DNA of 64,000 nucleotides, from assembly GCA_038087875.1 (NCBI GenBank), contig CM075988.1:8310001-8374000 (forward strand), written 5' to 3'. Position 1 is the first letter of the stretch. Every line of letters begins with the position of its first letter. A model generated the notes under the pieces. That model did not search any database and was not told the origin of the DNA. It saw only the letters and a program-made list of their open reading frames with translations. Below, piece by piece: positions 25,860-40,159 of this stretch. The DNA is from Malacoraja senta (taxonomy: Eukaryota). Both the position numbers and the translations under genes were made by a program.

Positions 25860-26034
25860 TAATAGTTGTAATGTGGATGCGGATGTCAAAGATGGAGACG
25901 GGAATTTGTTGACCAGTCTGGTGAAAAAATGTTGTGGTCAATAGAGAGTCAAAGGTTAGGTGGTTAATATTTTTTAAAATTCAGCTACAAATGAATTGGA
26001 ATGCTTTAACCAAATGTTTAACTGCTAAATTCAT

Positions 26035-26355
26035 TTAATTTAGTTTAGTTTAGTTTAGAGATATGGTGCGGAAACAGTCATTTTGGACAGACGAGTCCAT
26101 GCTGTCCAGCAGTCCCCGCACATTAACATTACCCGACACACACTAGGGACAATTGTACATTTATACCAAGCCAATTAACCTACAAACCTGCACGTCTTTG
26201 GAGAGTGGGAGGAAACCAAAGTTCTCGGCGAAAACCTACACAGGTCACGGGGAGAATGTACAAACTCCGTACAGACGGCACCCGTGGTCAGGATTAAACC
26301 CGGGTCTCTGGTGCTGTAAGTCAGTAGCTCTACTGCCACGCCACCTTGCCGCCCG
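26035..26355 (-). mobile_element. HE1-like V-SINE
   Basis: Tail, V-domain and head present. Confidence 0.85.
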
Positions 26356-26879
26356 CATTTTTGTGGGAAATTATCAGAAATGTATCGAGATGAATCATCT
26401 ATCTTTTTTTTTAAATTCTCCCCACATTCCCATCAACTCCCCGGTTTCTACACACACTTACATACAAGGGCCAGTTTACCTACTCATGCCCCCAACCTGC
26501 ATGTCTTTCTGGGTTGGGAGTAAACTGGAGCACTTGGAGGAAACCCTTGCGGGGAACAAGGAATACGTGCAAACTCCACAAAGACAGCATCCAATGTCGG
26601 TCTTGAGAAGGGTCCTGAACCGAAACATCATCTGTCCATTTGCTGGCTAGTGTCTGTACTGATGCTGTCTTACCAGCTGAGTTCTTGCAGCATTTAGTTC
26701 TTTGCCCAAGGTCAGCAGTAAATCTAGATCTCTGACACAGTGAGGTAGCAGTTCTGCACCACTATGTGGGCCCGTGTTGTAGACTGATATTTTTAAGCTT
26801 TTTAATTGTTATATCAATTAATTGTGCCTCGCTTCTGTATTTCCATCTCTATTGGCCCAACAAACTCTTTCTCTGATAC

Positions 26880-27168
26880 TGTTTAGTTTATTTATTTTAG
26901 AGATACAGCACGGAAACAGGCCCTTTGGCCCACTGAGTCTGCGCCGAACAGCGATCCCCGCACACTAGCACTATCCTACACACTAGCGACAATTTACTAT
27001 TTTACCAATGCCAATTAACCTATAAACCTCTACGTCTTTGGAATGTGGGATAAAACCGGAGCACCCGGAGAACGTACAAACTCTGTACAGACAGCACCCA
27101 TAGTCAGGGTTGAACCCGGGTCCCTGGCGCTGTAAGGAAGCAACTCTACCACTGCGCCACCATGCCGC
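26880..27168 (-). mobile_element. HE1-like V-SINE (internal deletion)
   Basis: Tail and head present; part of the V-domain is missing. Confidence 0.85.
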
Positions 27169-27701
27169 TGGTTGAATATCAGTTTCATTCATTGCAAACT
27201 CACTAGCATGTAAGGCCAGTGTGGGTGGCAGTGGTGTGGGCTGCAAGGGCTGTGTGGACCATTGGGGACAGGAGTGTAAGGGTGAGTGCAGATTAACATC
27301 CCCCTTGCTCTGAAAATGAGAAGAGGGTATAAATAAATGAAAGTTTCTCTGTGATACAAAAGCCTCACCTGATACAGAAATAAAGGATTATCAACGCAAT
27401 GGAAGAGATAAAATCTACATAGATGCTACCATGCAATAAACTGCCCCTGCCAGTTCCAAATTAGGTCAGTCCTGATTGATTTCTCAAGAGCATTTGAGTT
27501 CAAAATTCCATTAATATCAAACTGTAACCCCATGCATCTTTCCCACATACACAAACAGACATTACTAATGCACCCATGCTGCTTTTGTTACTTCAAGTAG
27601 AAAATGACTCTTTCATTAACACTGTTTGAGCTGAGATTGACATCACATCGGAGAGGATGACAATGTCCATTTTCTCCTGTTGCTTAAAGCATAGCAATAT
27701 A

Positions 27702-28975
<1,274 letters not shown>

Positions 28976-29084
28976 TACTGACAGATATTATAAACTGCTC
29001 CTTGCAAATCAAACATACTAATTGAGAATGCCAAGTTTCTTAATGCAGAATCCTGGCTGTTGGGGAATTAAGAGCCTTGAATTC

Positions 29085-29535
29085 TCCATAAGTTCATAAA
29101 TGATAGGAGCAAATTTAGGCTATAGCCCATCAAGTCTACTCCACCATTCATTCATGACTGATCTAACTTTCCTTCTTAACACCATTCTCCTGTTTCTGCC
29201 CATAACCCTTGACACCAGTACTAATCAAGAATCTATTTATCTCTGCCTTAAAAATATCCATTGACGGCCTCAACAGCCTTTGTGTCATAGAATTCCATAG
29301 ATTCACCACCCTCTGACAAAATAAATGACTCCTCATCTCCTTCCTAAAGGAACGTCCTTTAATTATGAGGCTAGTCATACTCTCCCAGCTAGTCTCTCAC
29401 GCTAGTGGTAACATCCTCTCCACATCCACTCAATCCAGGCCTTTTCACTATTCGATAACTTTCAATGAGGTGCCCCCTCATCCTTCCAGTGAGTTGGGGC
29501 CCAGTGCTGTCAAATGCTCATTATATGTTAATGAT
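29085..29535 (-). mobile_element. CR1 LINE 3' fragment
   Basis: SLIIKGRSFRKEMRSHLFCQRVVNLWNSM..MDIFKAEINRFLIS. Confidence 0.85.
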
Positions 29536-29669
29536 AAGTTTACCAACTCAAAACATTTAGGCACTTTATCTCTCCACAGTTGCTGCCCAATATGCTGAGT
29601 TTAGTTTAGTTTCGTTTAGAGATACAGCGTGGAAACAGGCCCTACGGCCCACCTAGTCTGCACCGACCA

Positions 29670-31269
29670 TGGCAGATGCAGTATAATGTGGATCAATGTG
29701 AGGTTATCCACTTTGGTGGCAAGAACAAGAAGGCAGATTATTATATGAATGGTGTCAGATTAGGAAAAGGGGAGGTGCAATGAGATTTGGGTGTCCTTGT
29801 ACATCAGTCACTGAAAGTTAGCTTGCAGGTACAGCAGGCAGTGAAGAAAGCAAATGGCATGTTGGCCTTCATAGTGAGAGGATTTGAGTATAGGAGCAAG
29901 GAGGTCCTACTGCAGTTGTACAGGGCCGTGGTGAGACCACACCTGAGGTATTGTGTGCAGTTATGGCCTCCTAATTTGGGGAAGAACATTCTTGCAATTG
30001 AGGGAGTGCAGTGTAGGTTCACCAGGTTAATTCCCGGGATGGCGGGACTGACATATGATGAAAGAATGGATCGACTGGGAATTTAGAAGAATGAGAGAGG
30101 ATCGTATAGAAACATATAAAATTCTTAAGGGATTGGACAGGCTAGATGTAGGAAAAATGTTCCCCATGTTGGGGAGACCAGAACCAGGGGTCACAGTGTA
30201 AGAATAAGGGGTAGGCCATTTAGGAATGAGATGAGGAAAAACTTGTGTGAATCTGTGGAATTCTCTGCCACAGAAGGCAGTGGAGGCCAATTCACTGGAT
30301 GCTTTCAAGAGTTAAGGACCTGTCCCACTTGGGCGACTTTTTAGGCAAGTGCAGGAGACTCTGCGCTCGCCACATGATCGTCACATGGTCGCCACATGTT
30401 CGCTGGTGGTCTCTGGTGAGTCTCCTTCATGGTCGTGAGGAGTTCCCGCATTCTGGGAACTGGTCGCGGCCTCAGTATGGTCGCAGCAAATTTGTCAACA
30501 TGTTGAAAATTTTTCTGCAACCAAAAATTGGTCGCCATGGAGAAAATCAATAATCCTGTAGACGTAGGTGCAGTTGTAGTGGGGTCGCCATGTAGTTATA
30601 GGTAGTCGAGGTCGTCGTAGGGAGTTTTAGTTAATCGCCTTTGCTGACCGGTCATTTTCATTGGCTCATTGAGGAAAAAAAAACGTAAGCAGGAGTTTTC
30701 AGAACCAAGGATAACCGACCGGTAATGTTAAATGTCCGCATAACTTCACAGCTGTGTATCTCTGGCTTATTACAAGTTGTCTGGCTTCTTAAAAGTGCCT
30801 CCACTCCTTCTCCCCCCTTTCTCCCCCCTTCTCCCCTCTCCCCTCTTTTAAAGGACTTAGCGTACTCTGTGCTCGCCGTCTTAACCTTACTGTTCATCAC
30901 GGTGTGTGTCTGTATCACCTTGGCTTTGCACCGTGTGAATTTCAGACAGCGCTCCCCCTGCTTTCCCAGGCCCCCGCCTTTGCGATGTGTTTGTGTGTGT
31001 GTGTGTGTGTGTGTTCCACTCTGAGAGTCGCCGTTCCAGTTCCCGGTTTTCCAGGCGAGTGCCGGGAACTTAACAGTCGCCAGCAGTCCGCTGAAAAATC
31101 GCCTAAGTGGGACAGGCCCTTTAGATTTAGCTCTTAGGGCTCACGGAATCAAGGAATATTGGGAGAAAACAGGAAAGGGGTACTGATTTTGGATGATCAG
31201 CCACGTTCTTATTGAATGGCGGTGCTAGCTCGAAGGGCCGAATGGCCTACTCCTGCGCCTATTTTCTAT
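29670..31269 (+). mobile_element. CR1 (HER1-like) LINE 3' fragment, inserted in a SINE and split by a MITE
   Basis: LGVLVHQSLKVSLQVQQAVKKANGMLAFI.RGFEYRSKEVLLQLYRAVVRPHLRYCVQLW. The 3' UTR resumes at 31121. Confidence 0.92.
30315..31120. mobile_element. PIF/Harbinger-type MITE, family C (806 bp)
   Basis: Termini AGGACCTGTCCCACTTGGGCGAC and ATCGCCTAAGTGGGACAGGCCCT. TTA TSD at 30312-14 and 31121-23. Excision restores CR1 caagag-TTA-gatttagctcttaggg. Confidence 0.9.
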
Positions 31270-31944
31270 GACCAGCTATCCCTGCACATTAACACTACCC
31301 TACACACACTAGCGACAATTTTATATTTACACCAAGCCAATTAACCTGCAAACCTGCATGTCTTTGGAGTGTGTGAGGAAATCGAAGATCTCGGAGAAAA
31401 CCCACGCATGTCATGGGGAGAATGTACAAACTCCGTAGAGACAAGCACCCATAGTCAGGATCGAACCCATAAGGCAGTAGCTCTAGCACTACACCACTGT
31501 GCCGCCCCGCGTATCCAGAAATTTTCCATTTTACTTCATGTTTCCAACATTCATGGTATTTTGCTTTTTGCAAATTTGCTTCCAACCATAATAGATAATA
31601 GTAGAGCAAATGAACAAAAGTTCAAAGAAATAAAATAAAACTGGACATCCTGGTTCAGCCAATAAAGCAATTTTATGATAAATGCAGAAAATAAAGGTAA
31701 TAGGGAGAGCAATTTGTCTTCAATTACACGGTAAATTTTCTTAACGTTGTTGCTAAAATTCAATTCCATTGAACTCAATGCATACCATTGAATACCAATT
31801 CCGACCAGTACTATCATGCATTTTATTTCAATCCAGAGGCTTTGAGGTTTGACAACACCAACAATTGCACCTTTTATATAGCACCTTTAAAATATTAAAA
31901 TCTTTAAGGTCTCTCAATAAACATTGTCAAATGTGTATAAAATC

Positions 31945-32295
31945 ATGAGAGGAATTGATCGGGAAGATGCACAGAATCTCTTGCCCAGCGTAGGGAAATC
32001 GAGGACCAGAGAACATACAATAGGTTCAAAATGAAGGGGAAAAGATTTAATAGGAATCTGAGGGGTAACTTTTTCACACAAGGGTGGTGGGTATGTGGAA
32101 CAAGCTGCCAGAGGAGGTAGTTGAGGCTGGCACTATCGCAACGCTTAAGAAACAATTAGACAGGTACATGGATAGGACAGGTTTGGAGGGATATGGACAG
32201 GCTGGTGGGACTAGTGTAGCTGGGACATGTTGGCCGGTGTGGGCAAGTTGGGCCGAAGGGCCTGTTTCCACACTGTATCACTCTATGACTCTAAA
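31945..32295 (+). mobile_element. CR1 LINE 3' end whose tail is shared with the SINE
   Basis: VVGMWNKLPEEVVEAGTIATLKKQLDRYMD. It ends gggccgaagggcctgtttccacactgtat, essentially the SINE tail. Confidence 0.9.
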
Positions 32296-34804
32296 CAACT
32301 TGATTTCTTGCCACATAAAGAGATATCAGGACAGATACACAAAAGGTTGGTTATGTAGGAAGTTTTTTAGTCATGGAGAGGGGATTTTAGGAAGAAAATT
32401 CCAGAGCATAGCAGATGGACTTCTGGAGAGGAATGATACAGTGAGAGAACCATGACTGGAGCTCTCAAAGGGCTGCAAAGATAGAGATGGGTACAGAAAT
32501 ATGGAGGGGAAAGTCAAGAAAAATACAGACTTCAATAATTAAATAATATTATTCAGAAAAAAGCAGCATTCAAAGAACTCTGCAGCCTTTTCTCACAGAG
32601 ATTCTACTTCAGGTTGTTCTGCCCCTCCTCTCTTCAAGCTTTATTCTCTCTCTCCCTCCCACCACCGCCCCCACCCTCCCACCGACCCGACCCCTACAAT
32701 CAGTCTAAAGGAGGATCCCGGCCCGAAAGGTCACTTATCCATGTTCTCCTGAGAGACTCCACCAGCTGTGCCATTGTGCCACCTAGTGCTAAATAAGCAA
32801 AGTCCTTAGTGCAACCAAAGACAGTCCAGGCCAACTCCTGCAACCCCAACCCAGTGCAGCCTCCTGGACAGTAGGCCTTTATGGCCAAGGTATGTCTCCA
32901 TTTTATGAACTTGAAGGCTTCAAGATAGTGCCACAAACGTAATGACACTTTGTGTACTGCCTTGTTGAAGTCCACTATTCTTACACTACAATCACTGTTC
33001 TTTTGTACTTTGTTATGATTGTACTGATGGTATAGAAAGATTTTACTGAACTGAATGCAAAACACAGAAATCCACTGCATCTAGGTACATGTGACACTAA
33101 AGTACCATTGAACCACTGAAGTTCATCGTTGCTTGAGTTAGTGTTGTGTAGTGTTCAGGAGCCTGATTTAGAGATACAACATGGAAACAGGTCCACTGTG
33201 TGACCAGCGAATGCCCCGTACACTAGCACTAAACTACACACTAGGCCAAGCTTACAATAATGTGGGAGGAAACTGGAGCACCCTGAGAAAACCCACCTGG
33301 TCACGTGGAGAACGTACAAACTCCGTTCAGACGGCACCCATAGTCAGGATTGAACCTGGCGCTGTAAGGCAGCAACTCTACCACTGCAGATGATGTTTGT
33401 GTAAGAGGAGAATAGTTAGGGGTAAGCTCCAACCAAGCTTTTGGGTCTCATGCTGATCAAAATACTGGAACCCTCCTGACAAAGAGGGGAGTTCAAAAGA
33501 CTAGCAAACGATGTAGAATAATAGCAGAGGTTATTAGTACTGACCGTATGCAGCTTTCCACACATATCAAAAGCAGAAAGCAATAGAATCAGTGGTGAAG
33601 ACCAGCTCAGACCTGCATTGGAGAGATTGATGAAGGCACTGCTTCTATAGAAGTGAAAGAAGTAAACTGGAGTGGGAGGAAGAAAATGACTCAAGAGTCG
33701 GGATAGCACTGAGGCATATGCCTTGCAGTGGGTGCTCCCTGCACAGTGGATTCATTGGAGCGGGGACAGACACAGTGAAGGGGAAATGAGCGTGTGCCTC
33801 TTGAGAATCACCTTACCCAAGCCACCACCTGCAATACTCCACCAGTGTTGGCAAAGTATTTGCAGAGCCAGTTCCCCCTCTCAGCTGGAGAGCTGTGCGA
33901 TGGCACAGATCCTTCTCTGTGACACAGGTGACAACCTTTGATGCTCATAGGCAGACAGCTCTGCACCGGGCATCCATAGGAAAGTGGGAATTTACAGAAT
34001 CTGTGATAATTTCCTGCTCTTTCTGTCCATGAGGTGTATTTTGTTTCAACAATCCCACACCAGATGATTGCAGATGGTCTCCTTATTTTGCTTCCTCAGA
34101 TGTATACCATCCAGACTATCAATTTATACATTTTCAAAGATGCTAAATCCCTTCAAGATTCTCATATTATATTGCTCCCATCCAATTTCCCACACTTATT
34201 CTCTTGATCCACAACACTAACATCATCTGCAAACTATTCCGAATAATATCACTTCCACTGCCTCCACGATAGGTCATAGTTGTGGCCATAATCAGACCTA
34301 CTCTTTCCCTAAGTCATTATGTAACTAAAACATCTGTGGGATATTCTTTGATTTTACTTTCCAGTTTATTTTCACAGTCACCTTCCTAATTTCCCTTTAA
34401 ATTTCATTCCTAGACTTCCTGCTGTATCAAATGCTCACGGTCTCACTGAGCCTACTGTTTAAGCCTGAATTTATCCACCCTGCACCTTGCCATACAGGAA
34501 GTTCGACATTTGCCAGTACCACCTTTTTCTTTGTAGAAACATTTACACTTAATTCCTCAATCTCCGTTTTAAATGCTCTGGGACAAATTTATTTAAAGTA
34601 GCTCTTTATAATCATTTATGTTAAAGCAATCTTCAGTAACACTGGCCTTATTCCATTTTGCTATTGTATCTTTGTTCATTTTTATAACTGTGTTAAATTG
34701 AACAATATTCTGATCGCTACCACAAAAATGGTACTCAGTTCATCTGTTCAACTTCATTCTTTAAATCTTCAATCGACATATCCCTCCCTTCTCTTTGGGT
34801 TTGT

Positions 34805-35132
34805 TGTTTAGTTTAATTTAGTTTAGTTTAGAGATAGAGCGCGGAAACAGGCCCTTCGGCCCATCGAGTCCGCACTGACCAGCGATCCCCGCACATTAAC
34901 ACTACCCTACCCACACTAGGGACAATTTACATTTATACCGAGTCAATTAACCTACAAACTGGTAGGTCTTTGGAGTGTGGGAGTGAACCGAAGATCCCGG
35001 AGAAAACCCACGTGGGTCACGGGGAGTACGTAAAAACTCCGTACAGACAGCACCCGTAGTCGGGATCAAACCTGCATCTCTGGTGCTGAAAGTGCTGCAA
35101 GGCGGCAACTCTACCGCTGCGCCACTGTGCCG
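34805..35132 (-). mobile_element. HE1-like V-SINE, young full-length copy
   Basis: CpG-retaining head, V-domain and (TAAAC)n tail. Confidence 0.9.
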
Positions 35133-36234
35133 CAAGTGTGTACTGGCTAAATACATATCATCTGAAGATATTTTATGGATTATGTGTTCTTTATACCTTT
35201 CACATTGACTATATTCAAGTTTACATGAAGCTAATAGAAATTACTTACAATTACTGGCCTGTTGTTTTGACATTTGTCAGAGCACTTTAGACTTTAGAGA
35301 TCATAAGGTCATCAGGTCATAAGTGATAGGAACAGAATTAGGCCATTCGGCCCATTAAATCTACTCCGCCATTCAATCATGGCTGATCTATTTCTCCCTC
35401 CTAACCCCATTCTCCAGCCTTCTCCCCATAACCCCTGACACCTGTACTAATCAAAAATCTATCTATCTCTGCTTTAACATGCTCTGCTGTCACAGCTTAG
35501 AAGCAGGCCCTTCGCCCCACCAACTGGTGATTCCCCCCGTGCACTGACACTATCCTACACACTATGGACAATTTACAATTTTACCAAAGCCAGTTGACCT
35601 GTACATCTTTGGAGTGCGGGGGGAATCCGGAGCACCTACCCGGAGAAAACCCACTCGGTCATAGGGAGAATGTACAAACTCCGTTTCGACAATGCCCGTA
35701 GTTGGGATTGAACCCGGGTACCTGGCGCTGAATGGCAGCAGCTCTACTGCTGTGCCACAGTGCTACCCGCTAAACTTACGTCCAACCTACCTAAGAAAGT
35801 TACCTCCATTTTTTTTTTTTCCTACGTAGCTTATGGCCAGAAAAGTTGAGATATACACCACAAGGGGCCTAAGCAATATCTGAATGATGGTCGTATCCAC
35901 CAGGAGATATCTAGTGTAACCTTTAACATGTTTAGTCTCCCTCATGCTCAGTGCCTCATCTATGCTCAAATAATAATATCAGCAGGGTCTTCTTGCAGTG
36001 ATATCACAATCAAACGGAGGGTGCACCTATTGTGCTGAGGTGTGTAACATGCCACCATCAGTGGGGTCTATTTTCCCAGTGACAACACATTTTCATCATT
36101 GGAACCTACCTACAGCCATCAGGCGATTAAACACAACAACCTCCAAATAGGCTCTGAACTACATAGACAGGGGCATTATTTTGACTTTGTACTATTATTG
36201 TTTGCTTTATGTATATATATATATATATACATGT

Positions 36235-36262
36235 CTGAAGAAAGGTCTCGACCTGAAACGTC
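36235..36262 (+). ncRNA. Minimal hammerhead-like core in a short PLE fragment
   Basis: CUGAAGA-A-AGGU-CUCG-ACCU-GAAAC-GUC. The fragment sits between two (TA)n tracts. Confidence 0.55.
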
Positions 36263-36317
36263 ACCTATTCCTCAGCTGACCCGCTGAGTTACTCCAGCTC
36301 TTTGTCTATCTTTCTTT

Positions 36318-36356
<39 letters not shown>

Positions 36357-37299
36357 GACAATAACCAAGATGGGGTTTTTTAATGCCTAATAACATATAA
36401 ATGCCTCACTGTTGATGAAGTAACTTCTGAAATGAACCAGTGAAGGTGAAATGTACAATGTGCAAGCAATTCTCCATTGCCTTTTTGACAATGGATTGAC
36501 ATTAAAAAACATCCTAGAAAGTGATATTGAAAATGGTAGACTGAGGTAGGCAGTGTCACTGGAGACTGACTTCGACCTGTAATAAGATATATTCAGCCTG
36601 ATGCCAAGAAATGCTTCACACTAAAAAATTAACATTCCAGTTGAATTCCAGTTAAAATGGTGGCGACCACAATCCTGAGCTCATCTAAGAAACAGACAGA
36701 GATTGAGAAAGGCTGATGAGTTTTTGTCTGGATGGGTGACCTGGGGCAAGTTGGGTGACCTTATCATCTATCAGACACAGCACTCCTATCATCAATTTCT
36801 TCTGGTTTCCTTTTCTCCAGGAAAATGATACTTAAATTTCGATGTGGGATGAAGGGATATCCTCAAACAGATGGAAAATTCACCGTCTGGAACTCAGATG
36901 CAAATCCTCACTCCATCCCAGTCCATGCCACGGTACTTACAGTAACTATAAGGATTAGCACTTCAAGACAAATTGTAATGACAGTGCGCAAAATCAGCTT
37001 GATTTGGAGAATACCGACCATCCTTGTATTTGTTAAAAAAGGAAGGTGTAAATATTCTTTCATCTGAGTATTCCAATTGATTTTACAAAACTGATTTCAT
37101 AGCTGGTGTTGAATTGGAAATGTATTGGAGTAATGGCAGGGGGAGGGGGCCACAATGCGGGCAGCTAGCAGAGTCTCTTACTCACAGTGACAGATACCTG
37201 AGTTCAATCCTGACCTCGGGTGCTACTGTATCCCTGCAGCATCTGCACATTATCCAGGTGACCTTGTAGGTTCCTCCATGTGCTCTGATTTTTTTCGTA

Positions 37300-38460
37300 G
37301 GTTCATAGTACAGAACATAGTACATAGTAGGTACATAGGCCCTTTGTCTTCATTCATCTATGCTGACCAAGATGCCTACCTAACTAATTCAATTTTCCTT
37401 CATTCGCCCTTACCCCTTCGAACCTTACCTATCCATGTTCCTGACCAAATGTCTTTAAAAATCGTACATTATTTTTGCATATATTACCTCCTCTGGCAGT
37501 TCTTGCCAATATTCCCATCGCCCACTGTGTGAAAATCTTGCCCCAGAGATCTTCTTTAAATGTTTTCCCCCTCCCCTTCGCCTCTTGCCTTCTAGTTATG
37601 GACTCCTCTATCTACTGTATCTATGTCTCTCATAATATTATATACTTCTATTAGGTCATCGATCCGCCTCCTTTGCACTGGGAAAAAAGTCCCAGCTAAT
37701 CTAATCTCTCCTTATAACTCTGCCCTCCAAACCAGGTAATATTCTTGTGAATCTTTGCTGCACTCTCTATGGATTAATCGCATAGCTCCGATAGTGTGGC
37801 AACCACATACAATAGTCCAAGTGTAGTGCGACCAATGTTTTATACAACTGTAACATGAAGTCCAATTTCTGTCCTCAATGCCATAGCCGATGAAGAAATG
37901 ATGATGTCATATGCCTTCACTATATTCTGTCTACCTGTGTCACCATTCTCAGGGCAGTACGTACTTGCACCCCAAGGTCTTGCATTTCAGTAACAGTTCC
38001 CAGGGATAGACACAAAATGCTGGAGAAACTCAACAGATCAGGCAGCATCTCCAGATAGAAGGATTGGGGTGACGTTTCGTCTCCCATTCCCTCGATCCAG
38101 AGATGCTGCCTGACCTGTTGAGCTTCTCCAGCATTTTGTGTCAATCTTCGGTGTAAACAAGCATCTGCTGCTTCCCACACAGACCCTGTCAGTCACTGTG
38201 TTTGTTCTGGCCAGGTTTAACTTACCAAAATTCATCACTTCACACTTGCCTGAGTTAAATTCCATCAGCCAGTTCCCAATTTCCTCAGTTAATCTACATC
38301 CTGTTGTAACCTTGGACAACCTTCTTCACTCCACTATACCACTATTTTGGCATTGTTTGTTAACTTACTAATCATCCCATCCACATTCGCTACCAATCCA
38401 TATATGCTGAATACTAAATGACCCAGCACCGATCCCAGCAGCACCCCAGCTGCTGGGATC
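37300..38460 (-). mobile_element. Older CR1 LINE fragment with a nested PLE fold-back (~38005-38180)
   Basis: Minus WLMEFNSGKCEVMNFG and QDLGVQVRTALRMVTQVDR are CR1 RT C-terminal motifs. Confidence 0.8.
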
Positions 38461-38929
38461 GATACAGCTTTCAATCTGAAAAAACAACACGATGTTGCAT
38501 AGAAGGCACAGAGTGCCAGAGTTACTCAGTGGGTCAGGAAGCATCTCAGAAAAACATGGATAGCAACGTTTTGGTTCGAGATTCTTCCTTGTTCCTCCAC
38601 TACCATTCTCTACCTCCTTACATACTCCAAAGACAGATGAGTTTACAGGTTAAATGCCCACTATAAATCGGCCATTGTAAATTGCTCCTACATATGCAGG
38701 TGAATGGAGCAATCTGGGGGCAGTTGATGAGAGTATGGGAGAGAACATATTGGGATTAGCAGAATAATGTAAATGGGTGGTAGATCACCAGGTAGAAACA
38801 AGGAACTCCAGATGCTCATTTACAAGAAGAGTCGGGACCCATCTGAACAAGCGTCCTGACCCAAAACATCACCCATCCATGTTGCCTGACCCGCATTTTG
38901 TGTCTTTTAAAAAAATTGATCATCTGTGC

Positions 38930-39223
38930 AAACTTTAGAGTTTAAATTAGAGATACAGTGTAGTAACAGGGCCCCTAAGTCCACTCTGACCAGCGAACAC
39001 TCCTACACAAGTTCTATCCTGCACATTAGTGACAATTTACAAACGCTATTTCACCAGCAAACCTTTACTTCGTTGGAGTGTGGGAGGAAACCGCAGCACC
39101 GGGAGAAAATCCACGCAGTCACAGGGAGAATGTGCAAACTCCGTACAGACTGCACCCGTAGTCAGGATCGAACCCGGGTCTCTGGCGCTGTAAGGCAGCA
39201 ATACTACCGCTGCACCACCGTGT
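38930..39223 (-). mobile_element. HE1-like V-SINE
   Basis: V-domain and head present. Confidence 0.85.
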
Positions 39224-40159
39224 CGGCTCTGTGGGCTGAAGGGCCTGTCATTTTGTAAAAGAGTCCAAAATACAACTCTGGTTAGCCCAGAACTCAGTCA
39301 TTAAGCAACTAATCGGCCAGTGGCAAATTAATTAAATGCACCTTGATTTTCCCTGGTCTATATTTCTATTTTAAGAGAAACACCTTGGTACAGAGGGATG
39401 TGTGGAGTGGAATCGCACCTGAGACTCCTCACTAACCTTCATCACTTCTATTGGTACAGTGGACTTGATTGCTTTTAATTCAGTCAGTTGTTCCTCAGTG
39501 TTGGTTTACATCCCCGCACGACCGTGGTATAATCCTCAGGGAAATTAGCAAAATCACAAAGGCAACTGCTTGTAATTCTATAGCCATTTGCAGACAGAGG
39601 GATTAGTGTGATGGCTCAGAAGCAGCAAGGGCTGCAGCATAATTGTGCAATTAGGATTTTGTTAGCAGAATGCAAATACCTTTTGGCAAATGTTTACCAA
39701 GATCTCAGGGAGTCAGTTACTGAAAGGGAAATCTGATATGCTGAGAGATAATAGCCAAATTCACGACCACATGACAATGGTCACCGTGCTTCAAAGTAAA
39801 TCATTGCATCAATTTTGCAAAGGTACTGAGAGATGTCAAAAGAAGCCACATAAATAAAAGTCTTTCTCTTGAATAGATATAGATTTCACATCCGGGACAG
39901 CTTTATCCTCAGACAACGTCACTACGACAGATTAGCCTATTATTTACCCCAGTGTTGTGGCACACATTTTTTGCTGCATTATTTTCTAAATCAATGGCAA
40001 TCCCATCAAACATACCTCATTAGCTAATAGGCAAATATGGACACCTGGATCTCAATCTGAAATATCACCTATCCATGTTCTCCGGAGGTGCTGCCTGACC
40101 TGTTGAGTTACTCCAGCACATTTTTGTGTCCTGTTTTGAACATTGATGTTTTTTCGATT

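Noticed and set aside
25405..25941. 178-aa Arg/Ala/Pro-rich ORF and overlapping ORFs
   Set aside because: They lie in a GC-rich MITE where stops are rare, and show no transposase or Myb motifs.
36242..36254. Apparent compensatory A:U pair in hammerhead stem II as evidence of selection
   Set aside because: The C-to-T change is at a CpG and each single change occurs alone in other copies (~3630, ~6950), so neutral decay explains it.
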